Shown piece after piece: positions 1-11,400 of a stretch of DNA of 64,000 bases. The stretch comes from Haplodiscus bocki (Eukaryota). Below the pieces are notes generated by a model. The model did not search any database, was not told the DNA's origin, and was given only the letters and a program-made list of their open reading frames with translations. The position numbers and the translations under genes are program-made. Location: contig OZ296653.1 in NCBI GenBank assembly GCA_965655095.1, forward strand, positions 79,670,001 to 79,734,000. The letters run 5' to 3'. The stretch's first letter is position 1, and each line of letters opens with the position of its first letter.

Positions 1-410
1 TTATATTCTTCAATATTTTCAGAACAAGATCCAAACAAGCGTCGGCATGAAAGGAGACATTCCGGGGTTCCTTCTTTTTCCTGACTTCAAATTGCGCTCA
101 TTTTGTAATCAACTTTTCATAATAGAACTCATGTTGATGGGTGGTTCCTCATTGGGCCTGATGCAACACGAACTAGATCCTTTTCCAAATGACAGTTTGT
201 AAAACTTATCGGATACCTTTCTTTATATGAAAAAAATTCCGATTGGACAACTTTTTTGAAAAATTTATGGTTGTTCACATTTTGACTACCGAAGACGAAC
301 ATTTTAAAAATGCAACTCGCAATAATATAGAAACTTTTGTCGACAAACTATCGGTGTAATTTCTAAACCATTTTCCTAATTGAGTTCGTGCGTCTTGGCG
401 TAAAATAAAC

Positions 411-455
411 TTAGGAGATTCCGACCTGGGAGATTTTGGCTTAGGAGATTTTGAC
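411..455. repeat. 3 x 15-bp imperfect tandem repeat within each monomer
   Basis: TTAGGAGATTCCGAC / CTGGGAGATTTTGGC / TTAGGAGATTTTGAC. On the minus strand it encodes SKSPK-PKSPR-SESPK. Confidence 0.9.
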
Positions 456-1718
456 ATGAAAGCGCTATTTCATGTTGAGATGTCACTTATTTATTAATCA
501 GTTGGATCCAGAAACAATTAAATTGGTGGCTTATGACAAGTGTGAACAATTCGAGAAGAATTAATTCACCCGGAAATTTACTATTTCAGATTTGACGCGT
601 TCTGTAAGATATGAGTAATGCTCATGGCGTGGCAAACGCAAAGATTTCAGATCAATTTTGTTCAGAAATGTTTCGACAACATTCAACCCGTCTTGAAGAA
701 AGTTAAATTCTTCAATACTTTCAGAACATGATTGAAACAAACGCCGGCATGGCAGGAGACAAGGTGAGGAAGTAGCATCAAGGGTTTGGTTCGAAAGAGA
801 CGTTAATGAAATCTTTAGGGAGGGGAGGAGAGGGTGGAATGCTCCGGCGTAAGATGAAAATTCTTTGTTTTGACTCTGTAGATGAGTTTTTTTGGGACCG
901 AATGAGTTCTCCTCCGTACCCCGAGCACTCCCAGGCAAGGTAGCAAAACAAATCTGCACATTGAGTGAAAACGTTGGCTCCTAACTGAACCAAGGTCAAT
1001 TCCAAAGGTTTTTTGGGCACAATGAGACCTTGAGTCAAGTGTGGTCAGATCGAATCTGCTGTAGGTACAAATTGCGAGATTAGAGTTTCGGCGAAGGCTT
1101 AAATTGCTTCCAACATTGAACAGTCACTGTTAAGCATTGGCATGCGGAACTTCAAACATTCATATCGATTGCTCATGTGTAAAAAGACTTTTCCCAAAAA
1201 AACTATGCAGAGGACTACGGCGATATTACATTGCACAACTTCGGAATGCCTTTCTTCCACCACCTGGCTATACATATAAAGTCGTACCGTGCCAAAAAGT
1301 GGTCTCTTTTGTATGGTTGGGAGGAGTTAGATGTGAATGACTATCGTATTCCAGCGTGCCAATATTGTATTCCATCTAACTTATGCACTGTTATGAAGAG
1401 TTCGCATACAAGTTTCATTATTTCCGGTTGCCTGCAAAAGAGTTGCACTCTCCACGGGAAACTGCCTACTTCAGGGGTTCAGATAAAACGATTCCCGGTG
1501 TAGTTTTATTCCCTGGAATTCAAACTTCTTCCCTCTGTTTTAAGTTTCAGCTTCCCCTCACCACGAGGGTAGCTTCATGATAATATTTTGAAGAAGGACA
1601 CAACAGTCGGATTTTTGTTTCGGACGGAGTCCATACTTTTTTAAATTTCATGTCGTCCTTGAAAGATTCTTTCCCCGACTTCGCTATTGTCTGTTCCAGG
1701 ATTTATTGTTTTGATGAT

Positions 1719-1780
1719 GGGTTAAATTCTTCAATATTTTCAGAACAAGATTCAAACAACCGTCGGCATGGAAGGAGACA
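1719..1780. repeat. Internal 62-bp direct repeat, copy A (one per monomer)
   Basis: GGGTTAAATTCTTCAATATTTTCAGAACAAGATTCAAACAACCGTCGGCATGGAAGGAGACA. It matches copy B 705 bp downstream with about 5 mismatches. Confidence 0.95.
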
Positions 1781-1849
1781 TTCCGGGGTTCGTTCTTTTT
1801 CGTGACTTCAAATTGCGCTCATTTTGTAATCAACTTTTCATAATAGAAT

Positions 1850-2179
1850 TCATGTTGATGGGTGGTTCCTCATTGCGCCTGATGCAACACGAACTAGATC
1901 CTTTTCCAAATGACAATTTGTAAAACTTATCGGATACCTTTCTTTATACGAAAAAAATTCCGATTGGACAACTTTTTTGAAAAATTTATGGTCGTGTACA
2001 TTTTGACTACCGAAGACGAACATTTTAAAAATGCAACTTGCAATATTATAGAAAAACTCTGTCGACAAACTATCGGTGTAACTTCTAAACCATTTTCCTA
2101 ATTGAGTTCTTGCGTCTTGGCGTAAAATAAACTTAGGAGATTCCGACCTGGGAGATTTTGGCTTAGGAGATTTTGACAT
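1850..2179 (-). other. Recurrent 109-aa ORF (MSKSPKPKSPRSESPK...) in the monomer; coding status unsupported
   Basis: Full length in 17 of 36 copies in the ORF track. It is broken elsewhere by a TAG at codon 6, other stops or frameshifts. The visible variation is largely non-synonymous and I recognise no domain. Confidence 0.2.
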
Positions 2180-2423
2180 GAAAGCGCTATTTCATGTTGA
2201 GATGTCACTTATTTATTAATCAGTTGGATCCAGAAACAATTAAATTGGTGGCTTATGACAAGTGTGAACAATTCGAGAAGAATTAATTCACCCGGAAATT
2301 TACTATTTCAGATTTGACGCGCTCTGTAACATATGAGTCATGCTCATGGCGTGGCAAACGCAAAGATTTCAGATCAATTTTGTTCAGAAATGTTTCGACA
2401 ACATTCAACCCGTCTTGAAGAAA

Positions 2424-2485
2424 GGGTTAAATTCTTCAATACTTTCAGAACATGATTCAAACAAACGCCGGCATGGCAGGAGACA
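2424..2485. repeat. Internal 62-bp direct repeat, copy B (one per full monomer)
   Basis: GGGTTAAATTCTTCAATACTTTCAGAACATGATTCAAACAAACGCCGGCATGGCAGGAGACA. Both copies read CLLPCRRLFESCSE(N/S)IEEFNP on the minus strand. Confidence 0.95.
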
Positions 2486-5400
2486 AGGTGAGGAAGTAGC
2501 ATCAAGGGTTTGGTTCGAAAGAGACGTTAATGAAATCTTTAGGGAGGGGAGGAGAGGGTGGATTGCTCCGGCGTAAGATGAAAATTCTTTCTTTTGACTC
2601 TGTAGATGAGTTTTTTTGGGACCGAATGAGTTCTCCGTACCCCGAGCACTCCCAGGCAAAGTAGCAAAACAAATCTGCACATTGAGTGAAAACGCTGGCT
2701 CCTAACTGAGCCAAGGTCAATTCCAAAGGTTTTTTGGGCACAATGAGACCTTGAGTCAAGTGTGGTCAGATCGAATCTGCTGTAGGTACAAATTGCGAGA
2801 TTAGAGTTTCGGCGAAGGCTTCAGCTCATTGCTTCCAACATTGAACTGTCACTGTTAAGCATTGGCATGCGGAATTTCAAACATTCATATCGATTGCTCA
2901 TGTGTAAAAAGACTTTTCCCAAAAAAACTATGCAGAGGACTACGGCGATATTACATTGCACAACTTCGGAATGCCTTTCTTCCACCACCTGGCTATACAT
3001 ATAAAGTCGTACCGTGCCAAAAAGTGGTCTCTTTTGTATGGTTGGGAGGAGTTAGATGTGAATGACTATCGTATTCCAGCGTGCCAATATTGTATTCCAT
3101 CTAACTTATGCACTGTTATGAAGAGTTCGCATACAAGTTTCCATTATTTCCGGTTGCCTGCAAAAGAGTTGCACTCTCCACGGGAAACTGCCTGCTTCAG
3201 GGGTTCAGATATAACGATTCCTGGTGGAGTTTTATTCCCTGGAATTCAAACTTCTTCCCTCTGTTTTAAGTTTCAGCTTCCCCTCACCACGAGGGTAGTT
3301 TCATGATAACATTTTGAAGAAGGACACAACAGTCGGATTTTTGTTTCGGACGGAGTCCATACTTTTTTACGTTTCATGTCGTCCTTGAAAGATTCTTTCC
3401 CCGACTTCGCTACTGTCTGTTCCAGGATTTAATGTGTTGATGATGGGTTAATATCTTCAATATTTTCAGAACAAGATTCAAACAACCATCGGGATGGAAG
3501 GAGACATTCCGGGGTTCGTTCTTTTTCGTGACTTCAAATTGCGCTCATTTTGTAATCAACTTTTCAGAAAAGAATTCATGTTGATGGGTGGTTCCTCATT
3601 GGGCCTGATGCAATACGAACTAGATCCTTTTCCGAATGACAATTTGTAAAACTTATCGGATACCTTTCTTTATATGAAAAAAATTCCAATTGGACAACTT
3701 TTTTGAAAAATTTATGGTTGTTTACATTTTGACTAACGAAGACGAGCATTTTAAAAATGCAACTTGCAATATTACAGAAAAACTCTGTCGACAAACTATC
3801 GGTGTAATTTCTAAACCATTTTCCTAATTGAGTTTGTGCGTCTTGGCGTAAAATAAATTTAGGAGATTCCGACCTGGGAGACTTTGGCTTAGGAGATTTT
3901 GACATGAAAGCGCTATTTCATGTTGAGATGTCACTTATTTAATCAGTTGGATCCAGAAACAATTAAATTGGTGGCTTATGACAAGTGTGAACAATTCGAG
4001 AAGAATTATTTCAAACGGAAATTTACTTTTTCAGATTTGACGCGTTCTGTAAGATATGAGTAATGCTCATGGCGTGGCAAACGCAAAGATTTCAAATCAT
4101 TTTTGTTCAGAAATGTTTCGACAACATTCAACCCGTCTTGAAGCAAGGGTTAAACTGTTCAATATTTTCAGAACATGATTCAAACAAACGCCGGCATGGA
4201 AGGAGACAAGGTGAGGAAGTAGCATCAAAGGTTTGGTTCGAAGAGACGTTGATGAAATCTTCAGGGAGGGGAGGAGAGGGGTGAAATGCTCCAGCGAAAG
4301 ATTCTTTTTTCTGACTCTGTAGATGAGTTTTTTGCGACCGAATGAATTCTCCTCCGTACCCCGAGCACTCCGAGGCAATGTAGCAAAACAAATATGCACA
4401 TTGAGTGAAAACGCTGGCACATAACTGAACCAAGGTTAATTCCAAGGGTTTTTGGGCACAAAGGGTCCTTGAGTCAAGTGTGAACAGATCGAATCTGCTG
4501 TAGGTACAAATTGCGAGATTAGAGTTTCGGCGAAGGCTTCAGCTCATTGCTTCCAACATTGAATTGTCACTGTTAAGCATTGGCATGCGGAATTTCAAAC
4601 ATTCATATCGATTGCTCATGTGTGAAAATACTTATCCCAAAAAAACTACTAGGACTACGGCGATACTACATTGCACAACTTCGGAATGCCTTTCTTCCAC
4701 CACCTGGCTATACATATAAAGTCGTACCGTGCCAAAAGGTGGTCTCTTGTGTATGGTTGGGAGGAGTTAGATGTGAATGACTATCGTATTCCAGCGTGCC
4801 AATATTGTATTCCATCTAACTTCTGCACTGTTATGAAGAGTTCGCATACAAGTTTCCATTATTTCCGGTTGCCTGCAAAAGAGTTGCACTCTCCACGGGA
4901 AACTGCCTACTTCAGGGGTTCAGATATAACGATTCCTGATGGAGTTTTATTCCCTGGAATTCAAACTTCTTCCCTCTGTTTTAAGTTTCAGCTTCCCCTC
5001 ACCACGAGGGTAGCTTCATGATAACAATTTGAAAAAGGACACAACAGTCGGATTTTTGTTTCGGACGGAGTCCATACTTTTTTATGTTTCATGTCGTCCT
5101 TGAAAGATTCTTTCCCCGACTTCGCTAGTGTCTGTTCCAGGATTTATTGTGTTGATGATGGGTTATATTCTTCAATATTTTCAGAACAAGATCCAAACAA
5201 GCGTCGGCATGAAAGGAGACATTCCGGGGTTCCTTCTTTTTCCTGACTTCAAATTGCGCTCATTTTGTAATCAACTTTTCATAATAGAACTCATGTTGAT
5301 GGGTGGTTCCTCATTGGGCCTGATGCAACACGAACTAGATCCTTTTCCAAATGACAGTTTGTAAAACTTATCGGATACCTTTCTTTATATGAAAAAAATT

Positions 5401-8400
5401 CCGATTGGACAACTTTTTTGAAAAATTTATGGTTGTTCACATTTTGACTACCGAAGACGAACATTTTAAAAATGCAACTCGCAATAATATAGAAACTTTT
5501 GTCGACAAACTATCGGTGTAATTTCTAAACCATTTTCCTAATTGAGTTCGTGCGTCTTGGCGTAAAATAAACTTAGGAGATTCCGACCTGGGAGATTTTG
5601 GCTTAGGAGATTTTGACATGAAAGCGCTATTTCATGTTGAGATGTCACTTATTTATTAATCAGTTGGATCCAGAAACAATTAAATTGGTGGATTATGACA
5701 AGTGTGAACAATTCGAGAAGAATTAATTCACCCGGAAATTTACTATTTCAGATTTGACGCGCTCTGTAAGATATGAGTCATGCTCATGGCGTGGCAAACG
5801 CAAAGATTTCAGATCAATTTTGTTCAGAAATGTTTCGACAACATTCAACCCGTCTTGAAGAAAGAGTTAAATTCTTCAATACTTTCAGAACATGATTGAA
5901 ACAAACGCCGGCATGGCAGGAGACAAGGTGAGGAAGTAGCATCAAGGGTTTGGTTCGAAAGAGACGTTAATGAAATCTTTAGGGAGGGGAGGAGAGGGTG
6001 GAATGCTCCGGCGTAAGATGAAAATTCTTTGTTTTGACTCTGTAGATGAGTTTTTTTGGGACCGAATGAGTTCTCCTCCGTACCCCGAGCACTCCCAGGC
6101 AAGGTAGCAAAACAAATCTGCACATTGAGTGAAAACGTTGGCTCCTAACTGAACCAAGGTCAATTCCAAAGGTTTTTTGGGCACAATGAGACCTTGAGTC
6201 AAGTGTGGTCAGATCGAATCTGCTGTAGGTACAAATTGCGAGATTAGAGTTTCGGCGAAGGCTTAAATTGCTTCCAACATTGAACAGTCACTGTTAAGCA
6301 TTGGCATGCGGAACTTCAAACATTCATATCGATTGCTCATGTGTAAAAAGACTTTTCCCAAAAAAACTATGCAGAGGACTACGGCGATATTACATTGCAC
6401 AACTTCGGAATGCCTTTCTTCCACCACCTGGCTATACATATAAAGTCGTACCGTGCCAAAAAGTGGTCTCTTTTGTATGGTTGGGAGGAGTTAGATGTGA
6501 ATGACTATCGTATTCCAGCGTGCCAATATTGTATTCCATCTAACTTATGCACTGTTATGAAGAGTTCGCATACAAGTTTCATTATTTCCGGTTGCCTGCA
6601 AAAGAGTTGCACTCTCCACGGGAAACTGCCTACTTCAGGGGTTCAGATAAAACGATTCCCGGTGTAGTTTTATTCCCTGGAATTCAAACTTCTTCCCTCT
6701 GTTTTAAGTTTCAGCTTCCCCTCACCACGAGGGTAGCTTCATGATAATATTTTGAAGAAGGACACAACAGTCGGATTTTTGTTTCGGACGGAGTCCATAC
6801 TTTTTTAAATTTCATGTCGTCCTTGAAAGATTCTTTCCCCGACTTCGCTATTGTCTGTTCCAGGATTTATTGTTTTGATGATGGGTTAAATTCTTCAATA
6901 TTTTCAGAACAAGATTCAAACAACCGTCGGCATGGAAGGAGACATTCCGGGGTTCGTTCTTTTTTGGTGACTTCAAATTGCGCTCATTTTGTAATCAACT
7001 TTTCATAAAAGAATTCATGTTGATGGGTGGTTCCTCATTGGGCCTGATGCAACACGAACTAGATCCTTTTCCAAAAGACAATTTGTAAAACTTATCGGAT
7101 ACCTTTCTTTATATGAAAAAAATTCCGATTGGACAACTTTTTTGAAAAAATTATGGTTGTGTACATTTTGACTACCGAAGACGAACATTTTAAAAATGCA
7201 ACTTGCAATATTATAGAAAAACTGTCGACAAACTATCGGTGTAATTTCTAAACCGTTTTCCGAATTGAGTTCGTGCGTCCTGGCGTAAAATAAATTTAGG
7301 AGATTCCGACCTGGGAGATTTTGGCTAAGGAGATTTTGACATGAAAGCGCTATTTCATGTTGAGATGTCACTTATTTATTAATCAGTTGGATCCAGAAAC
7401 AATTTAATTGGTGGCTTATGACCAGTGTGAACAATTCGAGAAGAATTATTTCAAACGGAAATTTACTATTTCAGATTTGACGCGTTCTGTAAGATAAGAG
7501 TAATGCTCATCGCGTGGCAAACGCAAAGATTTCAAATCATTTTTGTTCAGAAATGTTTCGACAACACTCAACCCGTCTTGACAAACAAACGCCGGCATGG
7601 AAGGAGACAAGGTGAGGAAGTAGCATCAAAGGTTTGGTTCGAAAGAGACGTTAAGGAAATCTTTAGGGAGGGGAGGAGAGGGGTGAAATGCTCCGGCGCA
7701 AGATTCTTTTTTTCTGACTCTGTAGATGAGTTTTTTGCGACCGAATGAATTCTCCTCCGTACCCCGAGCACTCCGAGGCAATGTAGCAAAACAAATATGC
7801 ACATTGAGTGAAAGCGCTGGCTCATAACTGAACCAAGGTCAATTCCAAGGGTTTTTGGGCACAAAGGGTCATTGAGTCAAGTGTGGTCAGATCAAATCTG
7901 CTGTAGGTACAAATTGCGAGATTAGAGTTTCGGCGAAGGCTTCAGCTCATTGCTTCCAACATTGAATTGTTACTGTTAAGCATTGGCATGCGGAAGTTCA
8001 AACAATCATATCGATTGCTCATGTGTGAAAATACTTTTCCCAAAAAAAATATGCAGAGGACTACGGCGATACTACATTGCACAACTTCGGAATGCCTTTC
8101 TTCCACCACCTGGCTATACATATAAAGTCGAACCGTGCCAAAAGGTGGTCTCTTTTGTATGGTTGGGAGGAGTTAGATGTGAATGACTATCGTATTCCAG
8201 CGTGCCAATATTGTATTCCATCTAACTTATGCACTGTTATGAAGAGTTCGCATACAAGTTTCATTATTTCCGGTTGCCTGCAAAAAAGTTGCACTCTCCA
8301 CGGGAAACTGCCTACTTCAGGGGTTCAGATAAAACGATTCCCGGTGTAGTTTTATTCCCTGGAATTCAAACTTCTTCCCTCTGTTTTAAGTTTCAGCTTC

Positions 8401-11400
8401 CCCTCACCACGAGGGTAGCTTCATGATAATATTTTGAAGAAGGACACAACAGTCGGATTTTTGTTTCGGACGGAGTCCATACTTTTTTAAATTTCTTGTC
8501 GTCCTTGAAAGATTCTTTCCCCGACTTCGCTATTGTCTGTTCCAGGATTTATTGTGTTGATGATGGGTTAAATTCTTCAATATTTTCAGAACAAGATTCA
8601 AACAACCGTCGGCATGGAAGGAGACATTCCGGGGTTCGTTCTTTTTTGGTGACTTCAAATTGCGCTCATTTTGTAATCAACTTTTCATAAAAGAATTCAT
8701 GTTGATGGGTGGTTCCTCATTGGGCCTGATGCAACACGAACTAGATCCTTTTCCAAAAGACAATTTGTAAAACTTATCGGATACCTTTCTTTATATGAAA
8801 AAAATTCCGATTGGACAACTTTTTTGAAAAAATTATGGTTGTGTACATTTTGACTACCGAAGACGAACATTTTAAAAATGCAACTTGCAATATTATAGAA
8901 AAACTGTCGACAAACTATCGGTGTAATTTCTAAACCGTTTTCCGAATTGAGTTCGTGCGTCCTGGCGTAAAATAAATTTAGGAGATTCCGACCTGGGAGA
9001 TTTTGGCTAAGGAGATTTTGACATGAAAGCGCTATTTCATGTTGAGATGTCACTTATTTATTAATCAGTTGGATCCAGAAACAATTTAATTGGTGGCTTA
9101 TGACCAGTGTGAACAATTCGAGAAGAATTATTTCAAACGGAAATTTACTATTTCAGATTTGACGCGTTCTGTAAGATAAGAGTAATGCTCATCGCGTGGC
9201 AAACGCAAAGATTTCAAATCATTTTTGTTCAGAAATGTTTCGACAACACTCAACCCGTCTTGACAAACAAACGCCGGCATGGAAGGAGACAAGGTGAGGA
9301 AGTAGCATCAAAGGTTTGGTTCGAAAGAGACGTTAAGGAAATCTTTAGGGAGGGGAGGAGAGGGGTGAAATGCTCCGGCGCAAGATTCTTTTTTTCTGAC
9401 TCTGTAGATGAGTTTTTTGCGACCGAATGAATTCTCCTCCGTACCCCGAGCACTCCGAGGCAATGTAGCAAAACAAATATGCACATTGAGTGAAAGCGCT
9501 GGCTCATAACTGAACCAAGGTCAATTCCAAGGGTTTTTGGGCACAAAGGGTCATTGAGTCAAGTGTGGTCAGATCAAATCTGCTGTAGGTACAAATTGCG
9601 AGATTAGAGTTTCGGCGAAGGCTTCAGCTCATTGCTTCCAACATTGAATTGTTACTGTTAAGCATTGGCATGCGGAAGTTCAAACAATCATATCGATTGC
9701 TCATGTGTGAAAATACTTTTCCCAAAAAAAATATGCAGAGGACTACGGCGATACTACATTGCACAACTTCGGAATGCCTTTCTTCCACCACCTGGCTATA
9801 CATATAAAGTCGAACCGTGCCAAAAGGTGGTCTCTTTTGTATGGTTGGGAGGAGTTAGATGTGAATGACTATCGTATTCCAGCGTGCCAATATTGTATTC
9901 ACACTAACTTCTGCACTGTTATGAAGAGTTCGCATACAAGTTTCCATTTTTCCCGGTTGCCTGCAAAAGAGTTGCACTCTCCACGGGAAACTGCCTACTT
10001 CAGCGGTTCAGATATAACGATTCCTGGTGGAGTTTTATTCCCTGGAATTCAAACTTCTTCCCTCTGTCTTAAGTTTCAGCTTCCCCTTACCACGAGGGTA
10101 GCTTCATGATAACATTTTGAAGAAGGACACAACAGTCGGATTTTTGTTTCGGACGGAGTCCATACTTTTTTATGTTTCATGTCGTCCTTGAAAGATTCTT
10201 TCCCCGACTTCGCTAATGTCTGTTCCAGGATTTATTGTGTTGATGATGGGTTAAATTCTTCAATATTTTCAGAACAAGATTCAAACAACCGTCGGCATGG
10301 AAGGAGACAATCCGGGGTTCGTTCTTTTTCGTGACTTCAAATTGCGCTCATTTTGTAATCAACTTTTCATAATAGAATTCATGTTGATGGGTGGTTCCTC
10401 ATTGCGCCTGATGCAACACGAACTAGATCCTTTTCCAAATGACAGTTTGTAAAACTTATCGGATACCTTTCTTTATATGAAAAAAATTCCGATTGGACAA
10501 CTTTTTTGAAAAATTTATGGTTGTGTACAGTTTGACTACCGAAGACGAACATTTTAAAAATGCAACTTGCAATAATATAGAAAAAATCCGTCGACAAACT
10601 GTCGGTGTAATTTCTAAACCATTTTCCTAATTGAGTTCGTGCGTCTCGGCGTAAAGTAAAATTAGGAGATTCCGACTTGGGAGATCTCGGCTTAGGAGAT
10701 TTTGACATGAAAGCGCTATTTCATGTTGAGATGTCACTTATTTATTAATCAGTTGGATCCAGAAAAAAATAAATTGGTGGCTTATGACAAGTGTGAACAA
10801 TTCGAGAAGAATTATTTCAAACGGAAATTTACTATTTCAGATTTGGCGCGTTCTGTAAGATATGAGTAATGCTCATGGCGTGGCAAACGCAAAGATTTCA
10901 AATCATTTTTGTTCAGAAATGTTTCGACAACATTCAACCCGTCTTGAAGCAAGGGTTAAACTCTTCAATATTTTCAGAACATGATTCAAACAAACGCCGG
11001 CATGGAAGGAGACAAGGTGAAGAAGTAGCATCAAAGGTTTGGTTCGAAAGAGACGTTAAGGAAATCTTTAGGGAGGGGAGGAGAGGGGTGAAATGCTCCG
11101 GTGCAAGATTCTTTTTTTCTGACTCTGTAGATGAGTTTTTTGCGACCGAATGAATTCTCCTCCGTACCCCGAGCACTCCGAGGCAATGTAGCAAAACAAA
11201 TATGCACATTGAGTGAAAGCGCTGGCTCATAACTGAACCAAGGTCAATTCCAAGGGTTTTTGGGCACAAAGGGTCATTGAGTCAAGTGTGGTCAGATCAA
11301 ATCTGCTGTAGGTACAAATTGCGAGATTAGAGTTTCGGCGAAGGCTTCAGCTCATTGCTTCCAACATTGAATTGTTACTGTTAAGCATTGGCATGCGGAA

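Larger units (their letters stand above)
200..1920. repeat. Representative full-length monomer (1721 bp), phased on the array's right-hand breakpoint
   Basis: TAAAACTTATCGGATACC starts at 200 and again at 1921. The array ends at the matching point (...GACA(A)TTTG|), so this is the natural phase of the unit. Confidence 0.9.

Noticed and set aside
561-1580. Recurring short ORFs in each monomer (MACG..., MHNFG..., MLMAW..., MCPK..., MQICF...) as protein-coding genes
   Set aside because: They overlap on both strands, often start at TTG or GTG, change length and frame between copies, and show no recognisable domain. They recur only because the DNA is repeated.
200-1920. Tandem gene-family unit (rDNA, 5S, snRNA, SL RNA, tRNA or histone cluster)
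   Set aside because: I recognised no conserved signature of these genes on either strand by eye. An Infernal/Rfam and tRNAscan run would be needed to exclude divergent ncRNAs.
2345-2560. Tandem TRIM model: CA|TGGCGTGGC as LTR end plus PBS, followed ~200 bp later by PPT|TG
   Set aside because: TGGCGTGGCAAACGCA does not fit the complement of a tRNA 3' end, because it lacks the G opposite the conserved C61. The implied LTR would be ~1.5 kb, and the array edge does not coincide with the implied LTR ends.
2803-2828. Hammerhead-like CTGA...GAAA on the minus strand (GAGCTGAAGCCTTCGCCGAAACTC)
   Set aside because: The core is CTGAAGC rather than CTGANGA, and no stem II forms. The unit is also far larger than typical animal retrozyme monomers.
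6926-7330. Resemblance to the antigenomic HDV ribozyme (GTCGGCATGG ... TCCGACCTGGG ... TGGCTAAGG)
   Set aside because: The required P3/L3 element (UYC-N-CG-Y loop) is absent before CCGACCT, where the loop would be TTAGGAG. P1 would have only 5 bp and there is no P4. The matches fall in the 15-bp GGAGATT repeat, and GCTAAG is a minority variant.
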